Below are positions 1 to 7,914 of a DNA stretch of 64,000 nucleotides, piece after piece. Every line of letters begins with the position of its first letter. The first letter of the stretch is position 1. The stretch covers positions 38,320-102,319 of the forward strand of contig JAFGDH010000015.1 of the NCBI GenBank assembly GCA_016932215.1, given 5' to 3'. The position numbers and the translations under genes were made by a program. Under the pieces are notes generated by a model that was given only the letters and a program-made list of their open reading frames with translations, did no database searches and was not told where the DNA came from. The DNA comes from Candidatus Aenigmatarchaeota archaeon. Its GTDB lineage: Archaea > Aenigmatarchaeota > Aenigmatarchaeia > QMZP01 > QMZT01.

Positions 1-202
1 AAGTTCTTCCGTAAGGGGGAATGGACCCTGCAGAAATAAGAATCTTGCTGAAAGTAACAGCACTAGTGGAGTGAGACTCTCCACCACCTAAAGGGCTAGG
101 GTTCCTCAGCAACGATTAAAAGCTTGACGCTGACAAGTCAGCGTCGGTTTGTCGAATCAGCTGAGGGTTAGTCGGTCCTAAGGCATTTCCTAACTGGAGA
201 AT

Positions 203-234
<32 letters not shown>

Positions 235-606
235 CATGAGAGTACGTGCGGCGACGCAAGCTCAGGGCCAGACTTTTTGGGATAGGCTGACCATTCCGAT
301 GGTTAACACGTTAAGCCTGCGGAGTACCGTAATGGTGAGAAGCAGGTGAAGCGTGGAATAGCCCGTGTATGCGGGTTTGGCCGACTCCTGGAAACCGTGA
401 AAATGGACCTGGGAAGGATCTTTCATGGCCGTACCGAGAACCGTTACTGGTGACCCTTGCTGAATAGGTTAAGGTGTATTAGGTTAAATTACTCTAGGGA
501 ATTCGGCAAATTGGCCCCGTATCTTTGGTATGAGGGGTGCCTAGTCCCTTGGCTAAGCCAAGAAGATTAGGTCACAGTGACAAGGGGGGTCCGACTGTTT
601 AACAAA

Positions 607-1187
607 TGGGAAGCGCGGACATCATGTTTATATCTCACATAGTATAACATTAAATTATGATGAATCCGTACCTGGTCGGACTTCTACTAGGAGATGGAAC
701 AAGTCATTTCAGAAAACAGAACTATGCGTATTCTGTATGGATTGACCAGATAGAAAGAAACCGAAAAATTGTTGAAAAAGCGAAGAGAGAATTCGAGAAA
801 ATGGGATTGAAAGTCCATTTTTATTCTCACGGAATAAATAAAATCAGAGCATTGGTTTATTCCAAGGAAATATACAATGAATTTCGTGAGTTGAAGAAGA
901 ATCCAGTTCTTTGCTTTGAAAAATTGAGCAAAAAAGGAAAATTTGAATTCATTTCTGGTTTTTTCGATGCGGAAGGCACTGTCACAGACAGATTGGTTTT
1001 GTATAACGGTGACTTAGAGATTATCAACAAAATCAAAGAATTCATAGCCAAAGAATTGAACGTGGTAGGCAATGTTTATAGGTACGGAAAAATATATGGT
1101 ATGCAGATTTACAAACGAGACCATATTAAGAAATTTGTAAAAAATACTGATTGCGTAAAATTTTCCGTTCGTTCTTCCCAGTTAAAA
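607..1187 (+). mobile_element. rRNA intron 1 (domain IV, immediately 3' of GACUGUUUAACAAA) carrying a homing-endonuclease ORF; boundaries are +/- a few nt because A-runs flank both junctions
   Basis: The conserved exon sequence GTTTAACAAA stops at 606 and resumes as AACATAGG...GCCTGCCCAGTGCCGG at ~1188. The 580 nt between them are AT-rich and protein-coding. Confidence 0.75.
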
Positions 1188-1205
1188 AACATAGGAGGCT
1201 GCTAG
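657..1205 (+). CDS. LAGLIDADG homing endonuclease, two-motif type (intron-encoded)
   Basis: 182 aa with motifs LVGLLLGDGT and ISGFFDAEGT. Lies inside the rRNA interruption. The ORF appears to run ~18 nt past the inferred 3' junction. Confidence 0.85.
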   Translation: MMNPYLVGLLLGDGTSHFRKQNYAYSVWIDQIERNRKIVEKAKREFEKMGLKVHFYSHGINKIRALVYSKEIYNEFRELKKNPVLCFEKLSKKGKFEFISGFFDAEGTVTDRLVLYNGDLEIINKIKEFIAKELNVVGNVYRYGKIYGMQIYKRDHIKKFVKNTDCVKFSVRSSQLKNIGGC

Positions 1206-1310
1206 TCGGAAACGATTTGTATAGCTTCTGAGGCCTGCCCAGTGCCGGTGTGTTAAGCTGGCCTACAATCCAGTGAAGCCCCGGTAAACGGCGGCGGTAA
1301 CTCTGACCGT

Positions 1311-2026
1311 TGACTTAGGCGGTCACAAAATTTGGCTATATGCGGGAACTCCATAGTATTTCGGGTCCTGAGTAAGGAAAAATCCCGGAAACGATGATGG
1401 ATAATCCGCAGGAAACTGTTTGCTTCATGGAGGTGGTTACCATGAAGAAAAGCGAACAAGAGCTGAGCAAGCTCTTGAGAAAGAAACGTTATCTGAGATT
1501 TTACATCTTGGGTTTCGTTGATGCCGAGGGTTGTTTTAGCGTATCACTAAAACAGCAGAAAACAACGAGATTTGGCTGGGTACTTGATCCATTGTTCCAG
1601 GTAACTCAACACGAAACAAACAGAATAGTTCTTGAACAGATAAAAGGAGAATTGGGTTGCGGAAGAATAATCGAAAAACCCGGTCAGAAAGATACACTGA
1701 TATATTTGGTTGATAACCGAAGACAGTTGAACGAAAAGGTAATTCCGTTCTTTGAAAGATACAGACTTGTTTCGAAGGATGGCGATTTCCAGAAGTTCAA
1801 AAAAATCATTAAAGGACTTGAAAACAAGGAACATAGTAAAATTGAATCTTTCGTGAAACTGATAAAAACGGCATTCGAAATGAACCTTGAGGGAAAACAG
1901 AGAAGATACAAACTCGAAGAGGTTTTAAAGGATTTGGAAAGCAAACAGAATCCCCAGAGGCCATACGCCAAACACTCAAGTGAGTGAAGATATGGTCCGA
2001 CTCTTACAGTAATGTAAGTCAGTTCG
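1311..2026 (+). mobile_element. rRNA intron 2 (between GGUAACUCUGACCGU and CUUAAGGUAGCG) carrying a homing-endonuclease ORF
   Basis: Exon continuity ...GGTAACTCTGACCGT (ends 1310) / CTTAAGGTAGCGTAATCCCTTGCCG (starts 2027) matches the contiguous conserved LSU sequence. 716 nt intervene. Confidence 0.8.
1394..1987 (+). CDS. LAGLIDADG homing endonuclease, single clear motif (I-CreI-like homodimer type)
   Basis: 197 aa with motif ILGFVDAEGCF and typical downstream LVDNRRQL...VIPFFERY. Sits inside intron 2. The true start may be an internal Met. Confidence 0.85.
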   Translation: MMDNPQETVCFMEVVTMKKSEQELSKLLRKKRYLRFYILGFVDAEGCFSVSLKQQKTTRFGWVLDPLFQVTQHETNRIVLEQIKGELGCGRIIEKPGQKDTLIYLVDNRRQLNEKVIPFFERYRLVSKDGDFQKFKKIIKGLENKEHSKIESFVKLIKTAFEMNLEGKQRRYKLEEVLKDLESKQNPQRPYAKHSSE

Positions 2027-2568
2027 CTTAAGGTAGCGTAATCCCTTGCCGATTAATTGTCGGCCTGCATCAAGGGCTTAACGAGATCCCCGCTGTCCTG
2101 GAGTAATGCCTAGTGAAATTAATGTCCAGTGCATATTCTGGAGAACTTCAGTGGGACGAGAAGACCCCATTGAGCTTTACTGCAGTCTGATGCTGCGGTA
2201 TGATGATGGTTGCATAGTGTAGGTGGGAGCGTCGAACCTGCGTCTTTGGGTGCAGGGAATGCGCCAATGTAACACCACCCCCCCGTCCTCATATCGCTTA
2301 TCCTTCGGGAGACACCATTTGATGGGCAGTTTGGCTGGGGCGGTACGCCTCTGATAAGGGATCAGAGGCGCCCTAAGGTCGGCTCATTCCGGTCAGAAAT
2401 CGGAATTAGAGTGTAAGAGCAAAAGCCGGCCTGATAGGATCCTACAAAGCAAGGGATCCTAACGCGAAAGCGTGGTCTAGCGATCCGCTGTGTCTTTATT
2501 AGATGAAAGCCAGCTCTGACAGAAAAGTTACCATGGGGATAATGGAGTCGTGACGCGTGAGAGTCCAT

Positions 2569-2612
2569 AGCGCATGACTGCTTGTTCAGTATTTACAGGC
2601 AGTCCGTGGATA
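2569..2612 (+). other. ~44-nt insertion in 23S domain V forming a hairpin (GACTGC ... GCAGTC); a mini-intron or expansion segment
   Basis: The conserved GAGAGTCCAT | ATCGACC stretch (contiguous GAGUUCAUAUCGAC in E. coli) is split by AGCGCATGACTGCTTGTTCAGTATTTACAGGCAGTCCGTGGATAT. Confidence 0.55.
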
Positions 2613-3090
2613 TATCGACCGCGTTCGTTGCTTCTCCGCCGTCGGCTCGGCTCTTCCTGGACGTGCAGCAGCGTCCAAGGGTGGGGGTGTTCACCCATCA
2701 AAGAGCCACGTTAGCTGGGTTAAATACGGTGCGAGCCAGTATGGTCTATATCTACTGAAGTTGTCGGGAACCTGAGGGGAAGAAGCACTCAGTACGAAAG
2801 GAACAGTGCGTCGTGGCCTCTGGTCTACCAGTTGTGTATACATCGCTGGGTAGCTATGCCATTGTGGATAAGGGCTGAAAGCATCTAAGCCCGAAGCCAC
2901 TCCTGAAAATAGGTCCCCAATCCTCAAACTGATTGGCAACAACCGGCGCGAGGGAGAGGATCCGGTACACGACCGGGTTGATAGAATCGGGGTGTAAGCA
3001 CCAAGGCAACGAGGTGTTCAGCTTACGATTACTAACGCTCCAAAAATATCCTGGTTAAAGGGACAACTCGCCAATAATCTTTTTATTTTA

Positions 3091-3351
3091 ATGGCCCTTC
3101 CTAGCCACCGCTTTAAATTATTTAAGTTTACGGCAAGAATTATCAATATGATAGTATTAACAAAGAGCCAGTGGTTCTCGATCGTTTTGTTCCTGATAAC
3201 GCTGTACGAGGTCATATTCGGGTTCACCATGAACATGACAGGATCAACATACTTCCAGATCAACCAGCTCCAGATATGGACCATGTTCCTGGTAGTGATC
3301 ACGCTCGTGCTCGCGTTCTACTTCTGGAACAAGGAATCGAGACTGTATTAA
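3091..3351 (+). CDS. hypothetical small membrane protein (two predicted TM helices)
   Basis: 86-aa ORF with hydrophobic stretches WFSIVLFLITLYEVIFGF and MFLVVITLVLAFYFW. No recognisable family. A start at an internal Met is possible. Confidence 0.3.
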   Translation: MALPSHRFKLFKFTARIINMIVLTKSQWFSIVLFLITLYEVIFGFTMNMTGSTYFQINQLQIWTMFLVVITLVLAFYFWNKESRLY

Positions 3352-3443
3352 AGCGAAATTTCTCTTTTATTTTATCGGAAATAGTCGTATTTAGAGCGAT
3401 TTAAGTTTTATAAATTATTTATCACTATATAATAGTAAATAGT

Positions 3444-4262
3444 GTGATATTTATGCCAGAATTATTCAAAACCGAAGACCAGGCTCTGGAATATCTTAGA
3501 GCTAACATTCCTCCTGAAGGGAGCGAAAAACCGATAGATATCGCTCCATGGAAAAAACCACTTTTTGCTATTCCCGACGAACCTTCGGAGGGACAATCTA
3601 TCTTCAAAGGAGATAACATTGAAGTAATCACTGATCTACACGAATCAAATTATTTGTTTGACCGGTGTTATAGAATATTCCGTCGTTGGGGGTTACAGGG
3701 AAAATATAAACCTATTTTTTCATTTAAAGACTTGAAAATCCGTTCAGATAACTTTTCTTATGACAAAAACGGTCATGTCAAACCAACAGAAATCACATGG
3801 CAGCCAAATCTTTCAGATCCGGAATCAGAACTAACTCCAAAGTATGTTCATATCGAGGGAAGGAAAATATATTTGATTGACAAGGATGGATTCTTCCACA
3901 TGCCTATCACTCTTTTGGGGCTTTTCCATGAGACAGGACATTTTGAAACGCGTTCTCCGGATCAGACTCAGGCTGAATCATCATCAGTTCGTGTAAGTTA
4001 TTCATCCGATGGAGCAAAGGTGGATGTTGCAAAGAATGCCGCTTACGAATTACAGCGTGAGAAAGACGCTAATGTATGGATTTGTGAAAACACACAGGGG
4101 CTTTTCGATGATTTGGGACTTCCAGACGCAACCGCAAAATACAACGAATTTCAGTTGCGGTCGTACCAGGATAAATTCAGGGACATGTTTTTCGGTAAAG
4201 ACAGTCAAAAATTACAAGAGCATTATGCAAATAGAGTGGCTTCTTCTCGATTTTCTTTTTAG
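3444..4262 (+). CDS. hypothetical protein with an HExxH (zinc-metallopeptidase-like) motif
   Basis: 272-aa ORF containing GLFHETGHFE. The GTG at 3444 is less likely as a start than the ATG at 3453 (MPELFKTE). Confidence 0.55.
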   Translation: MIFMPELFKTEDQALEYLRANIPPEGSEKPIDIAPWKKPLFAIPDEPSEGQSIFKGDNIEVITDLHESNYLFDRCYRIFRRWGLQGKYKPIFSFKDLKIRSDNFSYDKNGHVKPTEITWQPNLSDPESELTPKYVHIEGRKIYLIDKDGFFHMPITLLGLFHETGHFETRSPDQTQAESSSVRVSYSSDGAKVDVAKNAAYELQREKDANVWICENTQGLFDDLGLPDATAKYNEFQLRSYQDKFRDMFFGKDSQKLQEHYANRVASSRFSF

Positions 4263-4305
4263 ATGTCCTTTAAAATGAACATCATGGGAAGGCTACATTT
4301 TGAAT

Positions 4306-4335
4306 GACGACTTTATCCAATCAATATTAGTCGTC
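4306..4335. repeat. Hairpin family member A: GACGACT-16 nt-AGTCGTC
   Basis: Perfect 7-bp stem with loop TTATCCAATCAATATT, 44 nt after the stop of the 3444-4262 ORF. Flanks aATGAC...GTCttccg match other members. Confidence 0.8.
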
Positions 4336-4352
4336 TTCCGTTGGGATGGGGC

Positions 4353-4453
4353 GTGGATGCCCGGAGAGAGGGGGATTTGGTTGCTTTGTCTTGGGGCTTG
4401 GGGTGAACATGCGCCAGAGAATCAGTTCTTGAATATGATCTCCGGGCATCCAC
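4353..4453. repeat. 15-bp perfect inverted repeat (GTGGATGCCCGGAGA / TCTCCGGGCATCCAC) enclosing a 71-nt G-rich spacer
   Basis: Arms at 4353-4367 and 4439-4453 are exact reverse complements. Confidence 0.85.
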
Positions 4454-4487
4454 TTTGTTTTATGGTTTGGTTTTAGTTTAAATACTG

Positions 4488-4543
4488 TTTGTGAAGCCAT
4501 GGTATGAACCGGTGGTTCATAACCTTTATAAAGGCTTCACAAA
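4488..4543. repeat. Nested hairpin: outer stem TTTGTGAAGCC/GGCTTCACAAA, inner stem ATGAACC-GGT-GGTTCAT
   Basis: Both stems are exact complements read directly from the sequence. ACA follows the outer stem. Confidence 0.75.
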
Positions 4544-4547
4544 AAAT

Positions 4548-4577
4548 GACGACTTAAATCAATGGACATAAGTCGTC
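4548..4577. repeat. Hairpin family member B: GACGACTT-14 nt-AAGTCGTC
   Basis: Perfect 8-bp stem with the same GACGACT core as member A. 5' flank is aaaATGAC. Confidence 0.8.
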
Positions 4578-4849
4578 GCTCTTTCCTTTCGAAAGGCGGC
4601 TTAAACCGATTGACGGAGGCCGTCTTTCCTTTCTGATGGGATCAGTCTCGCCAGTTGCCAATGCTTTAACAAATCATGGACACATTTCAACCACCTCCTT
4701 ACTTTCGGAGTGTTTCTGACAAGAGATTGTTTTCGCTTTAAATTAGGGTTGCGAAGCCCTCGTCCATACCGGTGATACGGACCCATGATTCACAAAATAT
4801 ATAAACAGGTAACAGGAATGTACGTATAGTTCATAAAGTTTAAAAGAGT

Positions 4850-5524
4850 TTGGTCTGTAGTGTTATTATGCATATAATATTTTCCCCGATATGGTTCATG
4901 GGAATCGATTCGATATTCGAGATCCTTTCGGCCATAATAGCTATATTCGTGGGCTTCTACGCCTTCAAGATATACCGGTCCACGAGGAAGAAGGATTTCT
5001 TCTACCTTTTCATAGCGTTCGCGATGCTGTTTTTCGCTTTCATAGTGAGGTCTTTCACCGATCTCGCCGCATACAGCCTTTTCCTGGAAAGCATCCCGAT
5101 AATTACCAAGATAGTCCAGGTTCAGTATGTATACTATACCGGAATCTATACCTACCAGCTCCTCACGCTTTTGGGCTACCTTACCTTAGCGATTTTAGCC
5201 CTTAAAATACGCGGAAGGAGGGTGATATCGCTGCTCGTGATGTTCGTGATAATATCCTCGGTGATGAGCCTCGTGAGCTATTCGGCCTTCCACATGATAG
5301 CCGCCGTGATGCTTTCGTACGTGGTTCTTCACTTTTACGAGAACTGCAGCAGGAAATTCTGCAAGAACTCGCTGCTGGTGTTCGTCTCGTTCCTGCTGAT
5401 CTTCCTTTCGCAGGTGATATTCATATTCATATTCCACACATGGTTCTACGTGTTAGGCCAGGTATTGCAGTTCCTCGGATATTTTTTGCTGCTGGCAAAT
5501 CTCATACTGGTGTATAGGTCATGA
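4850..5524 (+). CDS. hypothetical polytopic membrane protein (about 6-7 TM helices)
   Basis: 224-aa ORF that is almost entirely hydrophobic. Likely ATG start at 4868 (MHIIFSPIW). Its stop overlaps the next gene in an ATGA junction. Confidence 0.6.
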   Translation: MVCSVIMHIIFSPIWFMGIDSIFEILSAIIAIFVGFYAFKIYRSTRKKDFFYLFIAFAMLFFAFIVRSFTDLAAYSLFLESIPIITKIVQVQYVYYTGIYTYQLLTLLGYLTLAILALKIRGRRVISLLVMFVIISSVMSLVSYSAFHMIAAVMLSYVVLHFYENCSRKFCKNSLLVFVSFLLIFLSQVIFIFIFHTWFYVLGQVLQFLGYFLLLANLILVYRS

Positions 5525-5796
5525 CCAAGAGGAGGGAGAAGGCGGAAGTACTGTATGACATGCTTTCGGCCTTGTGGGCAGACCGGAGAGGACTGAAGCC
5601 CACTCATCTGATATACAAATCGAACATATCGCATGTGAGGCTGAAGAAACACATAGATGAACTGCTGGAAAACGGAATGGTAAAAGAAGGGACCGGCGAG
5701 GGCGGTCACACTGTATACAAGATCACGGAAAAGGGCATCGACTTCTTAAAAGAGTTCGAGAGGATGAGGAAATTCATGGACTCGTTCGGGCTTTAA
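5521..5796 (+). CDS. small winged-helix DNA-binding protein (archaeal ~90-aa wHTH family)
   Basis: 91 aa. The pattern AEVLYDML...LKPTHLIYKSNISHVRLKKHIDELLENGMV...VYKITEKGIDFLKEF fits a wHTH (helix-turn-helix plus wing). Confidence 0.7.
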   Translation: MTKRREKAEVLYDMLSALWADRRGLKPTHLIYKSNISHVRLKKHIDELLENGMVKEGTGEGGHTVYKITEKGIDFLKEFERMRKFMDSFGL

Positions 5797-5844
5797 TTTC
5801 TGGAGTAATAAACATATAATAATCTTATTGGTTCCATTTTATTC

Positions 5845-6165
5845 ATGTATGACTCGCCTTTCCATAAATTTCTGAGACGTGGCTCGTATGCTCTTTTAGG
5901 GTCTTTTATCGTTCTTAGTTTTTTGGGTAAATGTTATGAAGATAGTTCCAGAAGAGACTATAAAGGTGCTGTCGTAAGACATATAGAGGATTTGAAAGGA
6001 AATAAGAAGATCAATATCGACATGACGGACAGGGATATCTTTTTCGCCGCTACCAATTGGGACAATACGGTCACCGAAGGCGATACGGCTGATCTTTCCG
6101 TTCAAGGCATGGCTGTTTGTCCTGGTGGTCTGTTATACGGTTTGAGTATAGATGATCACGAGTGA
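5845..6165 (+). CDS. hypothetical protein with N-terminal membrane anchor
   Basis: 106-aa ORF with hydrophobic segment YALLGSFIVLSFLG near the N-terminus. Confidence 0.4.
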   Translation: MYDSPFHKFLRRGSYALLGSFIVLSFLGKCYEDSSRRDYKGAVVRHIEDLKGNKKINIDMTDRDIFFAATNWDNTVTEGDTADLSVQGMAVCPGGLLYGLSIDDHE

Positions 6166-6239
6166 TTTCCACCTTCTTTTGCGCTAAATTATGGAAACAG
6201 TTACTTTTATAAATCTTTTTATAAAAGGATTCAATAGTT

Positions 6240-6595
6240 GAGCTGGGCAGATAGCTTCCTGGTCGTCTAATGGGTTGATTAACCCTGACAAAGACCGGGA
6301 GGAAGCTCCATTCACCTGCCAAGGCAGCGCTGAAAGGTGCAGGCCGAGAGGCCTCTGCAGGACACAGAAAAAACCTGCGCAACGGAGCAATGATATCAGC
6401 GATGTGGCAACACAAATCGTCGTTGAGCGTCGAGGTTGCGAAAGGGTGAAAGAATCCGCGGTGCCGGGTGCAAGCCGGTTCAAGGTTTGATTGGAACTAG
6501 TCCAACAGACCGGCTTCAGGCGCTTAGAAAAATGCTATCACCTCCGTTCGGGATCATACCCGAGGAGATGACATAAAATGGGCTATGCCCAGCAC
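6240..6595 (+). ncRNA. rnpB: RNase P RNA
   Basis: Conserved-region signatures occur in order: GGGAGGAAGCTCCA (cf. GAGGAAAGUCC), ACAGAAAAAACCTGCGCAA, AAGGGTGAAAGAATCCGCGGTG (cf. AGGGUGAAA), ACAGACCGGCTTCA (cf. ACAGAACCCGGCUUA). A terminal P1-like pairing joins GCTGGGCAGATAGC (6242-) with GCTATGCCCAGC (-6593). TATA-like TTTATAAA lies upstream. There is no credible ORF. Confidence 0.85.
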
Positions 6596-6642
6596 AACTT
6601 TTCTATTTTCTCCCTTTTTAATTTTAACTTCAAATTTCTATC

Positions 6643-7884
6643 ATGCAGACAGGAATCGGTTTCGGGGACTTCGAGATAGAGCTGGAGGACATCCGCATCA
6701 CGAAGACGATGACATTCGTTAGAGGATTTGAGCCGACAGCAGGAGGATCAATCGCTTCTTCCCCTAAAATATGGAATAATATGATCCACTTCGGCTCATT
6801 AGACACGAATTGCTACGCTCTCACCTCACACGGTGAGGAGATATGGAGAACCAAGCTTGGCGGAATGATTACCTGGGCGAATCCCATATTCTGGAAGGAT
6901 TTCGTGATGTACGGAACTTATGACCACAAGTTCTATGCGCTTGACTCGAAAACGGGAAAGATCGCCTGGAATTTCCAGACCGGCGGGAAAATCGTTACAC
7001 AATGCAATGTCAGCGGAAATAATGTTTACGTCGTGAGTTCGGATGGCTATATCTATTCGCTGAACGCCTCAGACGGCAAGGAGCTGTGGAGATTTAGGAC
7101 CGGTGACAAGATAGCCACACCGCCCACCGTTGCCGAAGACAGGATATACTTCGGCTCATTTGACCACAACATGTATTGCTTGTCCCTTGAAGGGAAGGAA
7201 ATATGGCGCTTTAAAACAGGGGACGAAATTCTAGCTGACAACCCCTACAAGGTTTATGACGGGATTCTGTATTTCGCCTCCCTGGATTGTTACGTTTACG
7301 CGGTGGATGCAAAAACCGGCCGGCTGGAGTGGAAATTCAAGACCGGTAAATACGGGAACACCTGCGCTCCAATACGCCATGAAGACAGGATATACCACGC
7401 ATGCAGGGACGGGATAGTTTATTGTCTGACGAAGGACGGGAAGGAGGTCTGGAGGTTTCTTGCTGATGGTCTTGTGGTACAGGTAGGGATATTCAATGAC
7501 AGGCTCTTTTTCGGGGACGAATCCGGTAACCTTTATTGCCTTTCACTGGACGGGAAAGAGATATGGAGATTCAAATCATCCGGAGCCGTTTACACGGATC
7601 CGCTTTTCCATGACAACATGATCTATATCGGATCGATGGATTGCCACTTGTACTGTCTTAATCTTGAAGGGAAGGAGCTCTGGAGGTTCCAGACCAGCTC
7701 CACCACAATGTCCTACATCGGGGAACCTTACGGAATGTACGAGGCCGTTGTCAGGCAGGAAGCAACGAAAGACGAGGAAACGAAGGAAGAAGAAAGGTAC
7801 TCCGTCAACTTCTCCGAAGACTTTTCAAATGAAAGCGAATATTCCGTCAAATCGGAATATGTGATTAAGTCGGAATATGCCTGA
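6643..7884 (+). CDS. PQQ-like beta-propeller repeat protein, paralog 1 (conserved C-terminal tail ...EYSVKSEYVIKSEYA)
   Basis: 413 aa with about 8 repeats of the pattern G(K)E(I/L)W(R)F(K/Q)TG..I...P......IY(F)GS.D..(L/M)Y(C/A)(L/V). No N-terminal signal peptide is evident. Confidence 0.85.
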   Translation: MQTGIGFGDFEIELEDIRITKTMTFVRGFEPTAGGSIASSPKIWNNMIHFGSLDTNCYALTSHGEEIWRTKLGGMITWANPIFWKDFVMYGTYDHKFYALDSKTGKIAWNFQTGGKIVTQCNVSGNNVYVVSSDGYIYSLNASDGKELWRFRTGDKIATPPTVAEDRIYFGSFDHNMYCLSLEGKEIWRFKTGDEILADNPYKVYDGILYFASLDCYVYAVDAKTGRLEWKFKTGKYGNTCAPIRHEDRIYHACRDGIVYCLTKDGKEVWRFLADGLVVQVGIFNDRLFFGDESGNLYCLSLDGKEIWRFKSSGAVYTDPLFHDNMIYIGSMDCHLYCLNLEGKELWRFQTSSTTMSYIGEPYGMYEAVVRQEATKDEETKEEERYSVNFSEDFSNESEYSVKSEYVIKSEYA

Positions 7885-7914
7885 TTATTTATATTTTATC
7901 GATAATCCAATGAT

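Noticed and set aside
3046-3440. Expected 5S rRNA downstream of the 23S gene
   Set aside because: I found no 5S-like conserved loop sequence or terminal helix here or in 4263-4849. A few short resemblances did not extend into a consistent fold.
4340-4460. SRP (7S) RNA candidate, because of GCCCGGAGAGAGGGGG resembling the helix 8 GCCCGGAAGGGAGCA motif
   Set aside because: There is no GNAR tetraloop geometry, no Alu-domain or helix 5 features, and a perfect 15-bp stem is unlike SRP helices. It is kept only as part of the unexplained structured spacer.
4488-4546. H/ACA guide RNA (hairpin with internal loop followed by ACA; Cbf5 is encoded in the window)
   Set aside because: The upper stem is only 7 bp with a 3-nt loop and no K-turn or K-loop. 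Pocket sizes are atypical, and ACA directly abuts the stem rather than lying 14-15 nt from a pocket.
4601-4786. 61-aa basic ORF on the minus strand in the structured spacer
   Set aside because: It has no start context, runs through hairpin elements and has an Arg-rich composition typical of random translation of GC-richer non-coding DNA.
7840-7884. The C-terminal SEY tails of the propeller proteins as an archaeosortase-type (PGF-CTERM-like) or membrane-anchor signal
   Set aside because: These tails lack a hydrophobic helix and a basic terminus, and the proteins lack N-terminal signal peptides. They do not fit known sorting-signal classes.
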